Positions 32,064-35,111 of a DNA stretch of 35,111 nucleotides are shown in pieces. The notes beneath the pieces are model-generated. The model was not told the origin of the DNA, did no database searches, and saw only the letters and a program-made list of their open reading frames with translations. The DNA comes from Alphaproteobacteria bacterium (GTDB taxonomy: Bacteria; Pseudomonadota; Alphaproteobacteria; Rhizobiales; Rhizobiaceae), in contig JAUIBM010000001.1 of NCBI GenBank assembly GCA_030428345.1, forward strand, positions 1-35,111. The letters are read 5' to 3'. Every line of letters begins with the position of its first letter. Within the stretch, counting starts at the first letter, position 1. Both the position numbers and the translations under genes were made by a program.

Positions 32064-33437
32064 TCAGTAGGCGTATTCGTCGAACAGGCGGGTGATGTCG
32101 CCGTGCCAGGGACCGTGGAACTTGTTCAGCAGCCGCTCGGCGGGCGTCAGCCCGCTGGCCACGGTTTCCTCCAGCGGGGCGAGGAAGACGCGCTCGTCAT
32201 TGCCTGAAGAGTTGAGGTTCTGGCGGTCGGCAAGTCCGGAAGCGGCGATCTCGACGACCGCACGCGCATGCTCCAGAAGCTTCTTGCCGGCGATGGTCGC
32301 TTCGAGGCCGGCTGTCGGGACGGCGTCGCGCAGTTCGGCGACCATTTGCGCGCTCCAGCCGGAAACCAGCTCTTCCGCGGCGTCCAGCGCGCTGGCGCTA
32401 TAGAGCAGGCCTGTCCAGAAGGCGGGCAGCGCGCAGATGTCGCGCCAGGGGCCGCCGTCCGCGCCGCGCATCTCCAGATAGCGCTTCAGGCGCACATCGG
32501 GGAACAGCGTCGTCAGGTGGTTGCTCCAGTCGCCGACATTGGCCGTGCCGTCCGGCACGCTGTCGCGCAAAGCGCCGTCCATGAACTGGCGGAAGGTGAC
32601 ATGCGTGCAATCGTAATATCGGCCTTCCCGGATGACGAAATACATCGGGATGTCGAGCGCCCAGTCGACATAGGCGTCGAAGCCGAAGCCCGGCTCCAGC
32701 ATGAACGCATGGAAGCCGCCGCGCTGGTTGTCGGTGTCCCGCCAGATGTCGGAGCGCCAGGAAAGCAGGCCGTTCGGCTTGCCCTCGGTGAAGGGCGAGC
32801 GCGCGAAGAGGGCGGAGGCCATCGGCTGCAGCTTCAGCGAGACCTGCAGCTTGCGGCGCATGTCGGCTTCGTCGGAAAAGTCGAGATTGGTCTGGATCGT
32901 CGCGGTGCGGAACATCATGTCGAGGCCTTGCGAGCCGACCTTCGGCATGTAGTTCGACATGATCGCATAGCGGCTCTTGGGCATGACCGGCGTTTCGGCC
33001 AGGGTCCACAGCGGGCTGCCGCCGACGCCCAGGAACGCGATGCCCAGATCGCCGGCAATGGTCTTCACCATCGAAAGATGCGCGTTCGATTCGCGGCAGG
33101 TCTCGTGCAGGGTCTCGAGCGGCGCTCCCGATAGCTCGAACTGTCCGCCCGGCTCCAGGGAGATCGCGCCCTTTCCGGAGGGCTCGGCCAGGCCGATGAT
33201 GTTGCCGGCGTCGGTAATCGGCTCCCAGCCCAGCCCTGCCTGCATGCCGTCGAGAAGCGCCTTGATTCCGTTCGCGCCCTCATAAGGCACGGGCGAATAG
33301 TCGCTGACGTAATAGCCGAACTTTTCGTGCTCGGTGCCGATGCGCCATTCCTCGCGCGGCTTGCAGCCCGCCTCCAGCCATTCGGCCAGCTGGTTCCGGT
33401 TTTCGACCGGGTTCAGGTCCGTGGTGTCGCGCGCCAT
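32064..33437 (-). CDS. gshA: Glutamate-cysteine ligase, plant/alphaproteobacterial type (GCS2 family)
   Basis: 457 aa. RIGTEHEKFGY, ISLEPGGQFELSGAP, MMFRTATIQTNLDF and FPDVRLKRYLEMRGADGGP are characteristic of GSH1-type ligases. Confidence 0.92.
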   Translation of the reverse strand: MARDTTDLNPVENRNQLAEWLEAGCKPREEWRIGTEHEKFGYYVSDYSPVPYEGANGIKALLDGMQAGLGWEPITDAGNIIGLAEPSGKGAISLEPGGQFELSGAPLETLHETCRESNAHLSMVKTIAGDLGIAFLGVGGSPLWTLAETPVMPKSRYAIMSNYMPKVGSQGLDMMFRTATIQTNLDFSDEADMRRKLQVSLKLQPMASALFARSPFTEGKPNGLLSWRSDIWRDTDNQRGGFHAFMLEPGFGFDAYVDWALDIPMYFVIREGRYYDCTHVTFRQFMDGALRDSVPDGTANVGDWSNHLTTLFPDVRLKRYLEMRGADGGPWRDICALPAFWTGLLYSASALDAAEELVSGWSAQMVAELRDAVPTAGLEATIAGKKLLEHARAVVEIAASGLADRQNLNSSGNDERVFLAPLEETVASGLTPAERLLNKFHGPWHGDITRLFDEYAY

Positions 33438-33597
33438 TCAATACCCGCCAATACTCGCTTGAGCATGTTTTGCCGCCGCTGTCCGCGCAGGTTCCGGCGC
33501 TTCCATCGAAGGATCGCGAGACAGATATTGCCCACCCCCAAGGCGTGCAAGCAAAACTTTCTTCAGCCGGGGTTCAGCAAAGGTGATCGCCGCGGGC

Positions 33598-34335
33598 CTA
33601 CCAGTCGCCCGCCACGGCCTGCACCACGGCAAGTGCGGCAACGGCGGCGGTGTCGGCGCGCAGGATGCGCGGGCCGAGTGGAATCGCCGTGACAAATGGC
33701 AGCGCCCGCAGGGTCGCGCGCTCATCGGCGGAAAATCCGCCCTCCGGGCCGATCAGCACCGCCAGCGGCTTGCCCCTGAGGGGGTGCAGCAGCCTGACCG
33801 GGTCGTCGTCGCCGGCCGATTCGTCGCAGAAGATCAGGGTTCGCGCAGGGTCCCATTGCGCCAGCATCTGCTCCAGCGCCTGCGGCTCGCCGATTTTCGG
33901 AATGGCGAGGATGCCGCATTGCTCCGCCGCCTCGGCGGCATTGGCGCGCATGCGGTCCAGGTTGAGCCGCGTCACCTGGGTGTGCCGGGTCAGCACCGGC
34001 TGCAGCACGCCCGCGCCCATCTCGACTGCCTTTTGCACCATGTAGTCGAGGCGCGCCTGTTTGAGCGGGGCGAAGCAATAGACCAGATCGGCCGGCTGAG
34101 GCTGCGGCCGCGTCGCCTTCTCGATGCGCAGCACGCATGCCTTGCGCCCCTGCGGCTCGATGCGCGCCAGCCATTCCCCGTCGCGCCCGTTGAACAGCAG
34201 CACCGCCTCGCCCGCCTTCATGCGAAGCACATTCAGCAGGTAATTGGCCTGACTGCGGTCGGGCTCGATCGCGCCGCCCTCGGCCAGCGCGCCTTCGACA
34301 TAGAGGCGTTGGGTGCGAAAATCATAGCGTTCCAT
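33598..34335 (-). CDS. rsmE: 16S rRNA (uracil1498-N3)-methyltransferase
   Basis: The ATG at 34335 gives [13 protein letters not shown] and a 245-aa product. It has a PUA-like N-terminus and a SPOUT C-terminus with LIGPEGGFS and [11 protein letters not shown]. Confidence 0.88.
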   Translation of the reverse strand: MERYDFRTQRLYVEGALAEGGAIEPDRSQANYLLNVLRMKAGEAVLLFNGRDGEWLARIEPQGRKACVLRIEKATRPQPQPADLVYCFAPLKQARLDYMVQKAVEMGAGVLQPVLTRHTQVTRLNLDRMRANAAEAAEQCGILAIPKIGEPQALEQMLAQWDPARTLIFCDESAGDDDPVRLLHPLRGKPLAVLIGPEGGFSADERATLRALPFVTAIPLGPRILRADTAAVAALAVVQAVAGDW

Positions 34336-34376
34336 CGGCGCAGATAAATCGCCATCGCGCCCGGTATCAAGTGCCC

Positions 34377-35015
34377 TCACGCGCCCGCGCTGCAATGCCA
34401 GACCGGCGCGAAGCCTTCGCGAAGCGCGCCAAGCGTCGGTCCGGGCGTCACCAGCGCGGCCTTGTCTGGCAGCGGGGCGGCCGGCCCATAGCCCGAAAAG
34501 CGCCAGGGCAGGGCGCGCCCGCCTCGAATGGCGAGGAATTGGCCGCCGCTCTCGATCATCGCGCCGTCGGGCAGGTCTTTCAGCGCCGGCCGGTCGAGCA
34601 GCGTTTGCGGCGCATCGCCCGAGAGCCGCCTGGCGCGGTGCAGGATCGCGTCCCTTTGCAAGGCGTTCAATCCGGGCAGGGCGTTGCCGGCGTCGAATGC
34701 CGCGGCGAATGCCCGCGCCGCCGCCCTGCGGCAGTAGTGGCAGGGGCGGTGGCCGGCCGCCAGCGCCGTGACCTCGTCGAGGAAGAACAATTCGCTCCAC
34801 CCCGCCCCGCCGCCGGGGGCGTTGCGGCCCCATACATCGCGCCGCACGTCCTTCCATTGGCAGGCGCAGACGATCCAGCTCTTCGTGGTCCAGCGCCTGC
34901 CGCGCAAGGTTCGCGTTTGCGGATCGTGGATGACGCCGCGATTGCCGGTGAACATCCCCCGGGCGGCGACGGCGTGCAGGCTCCCGTCCGGAGCGACGCG
35001 GTTCGCCAGGCTCAC
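34377..35015 (-). CDS. Hypothetical protein with an Ada-like Zn-binding motif
   Basis: 212 aa with a GTG start that overlaps the upstream stop (GTGA). The segment WIVCACQW...[23 protein letters not shown] resembles the Cys4 pattern of the N-Ada metal-binding domain (FF...A..AGFRPCKRC). Confidence 0.55.
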   Translation of the reverse strand: MSLANRVAPDGSLHAVAARGMFTGNRGVIHDPQTRTLRGRRWTTKSWIVCACQWKDVRRDVWGRNAPGGGAGWSELFFLDEVTALAAGHRPCHYCRRAAARAFAAAFDAGNALPGLNALQRDAILHRARRLSGDAPQTLLDRPALKDLPDGAMIESGGQFLAIRGGRALPWRFSGYGPAAPLPDKAALVTPGPTLGALREGFAPVWHCSAGA

Positions 35016-35111
35016 CCCGCCGTTTCCTGGTCCTCGACCACCAGGATATGCAGCCTTACCGGCCCGTGCGCGCCCAGGATCAGCGTCTGCTCGATATCGG
35101 CCGAGCGCGAG
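35012..35111 (-). CDS. LUD-domain (LutC/YkgG-like) protein, C-terminal end only
   Basis: Hand translation of the minus strand gives ...[32 protein letters not shown], followed by a stop at 35012..35014. The SRTADIE..L..G.HGP pattern is typical of lactate-utilisation LUD-domain proteins. Confidence 0.55.
   Translation of the reverse strand, partial: SRSADIEQTLILGAHGPVRLHILVVEDQETAG

Noticed and set aside
1-35111. A search for CRISPR arrays, tRNA/rRNA genes, IS elements, integrases, toxin-antitoxin pairs and known defence-system signatures
   Set aside because: I recognised no direct-repeat/spacer array, no cloverleaf-like segment, no transposase or recombinase motif and no nuclease/ATPase defence architecture. 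The caspase-family gene is secreted and PG-anchored, not the cytoplasmic CHAT/effector type linked to defence.

Overview
GC-rich, densely packed chromosomal window that looks alphaproteobacterial (Rhizobiales-like). The evidence for that is a plant-type GshA, an XseA N-terminus and PilZ single-domain proteins. About 37 protein genes can be supported. Many gene junctions overlap by 4 nt (ATGA or GTGA), which implies operons. I recognised no rRNA, tRNA, CRISPR array, transposase or integrase. The modules, left to right, are as follows. (1) 1-12584 is a GntR-associated catabolic island. It holds a Pot-type ABC importer, an AMDase/maleate-isomerase-family protein, an FAD monooxygenase, an isochorismatase-family amidase, a hydantoinase-type cyclic amidohydrolase and a full-length AcnA-type aconitase paralog. 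Divergent from these are gntR, a KRCGH-motif ICL/PEP-mutase-family lyase and an FMN-dependent 2-hydroxyacid dehydrogenase. Four copies of a TGTCAAC-core motif sit in its two promoter regions. This island is the best candidate for an undescribed pathway. My hypothesis is hydrolytic opening of a cyclic imide or N-heterocycle, giving a substituted maleamate, then a substituted maleate, then hydration and C-C lyase cleavage. (2) 12618-18935 is a kynurenine module: kynU, a Trp/Tyr-type ABC importer, a NadX-like dehydrogenase, a eukaryote-type alpha/beta-hydrolase formamidase candidate and MarR. (3) 19003-20989 has a perfect CRP-type box, a small secreted Ig-like protein and a secreted orthocaspase with a peptidoglycan-binding tail. 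(4) 21121-25043 is a TetR-HlyD-ABC-ABC2 efflux operon with an AT-rich double palindrome upstream. (5) 25095-35111 is mostly housekeeping: tandem-Usp, xseA preceded by an ABC ATPase and an unusual 518-aa permease, DUF937, two PilZ proteins, gshA, rsmE, an Ada-Zn-like hypothetical and a LUD-domain gene fragment. All functional calls come from by-eye motif recognition. No database search was possible.
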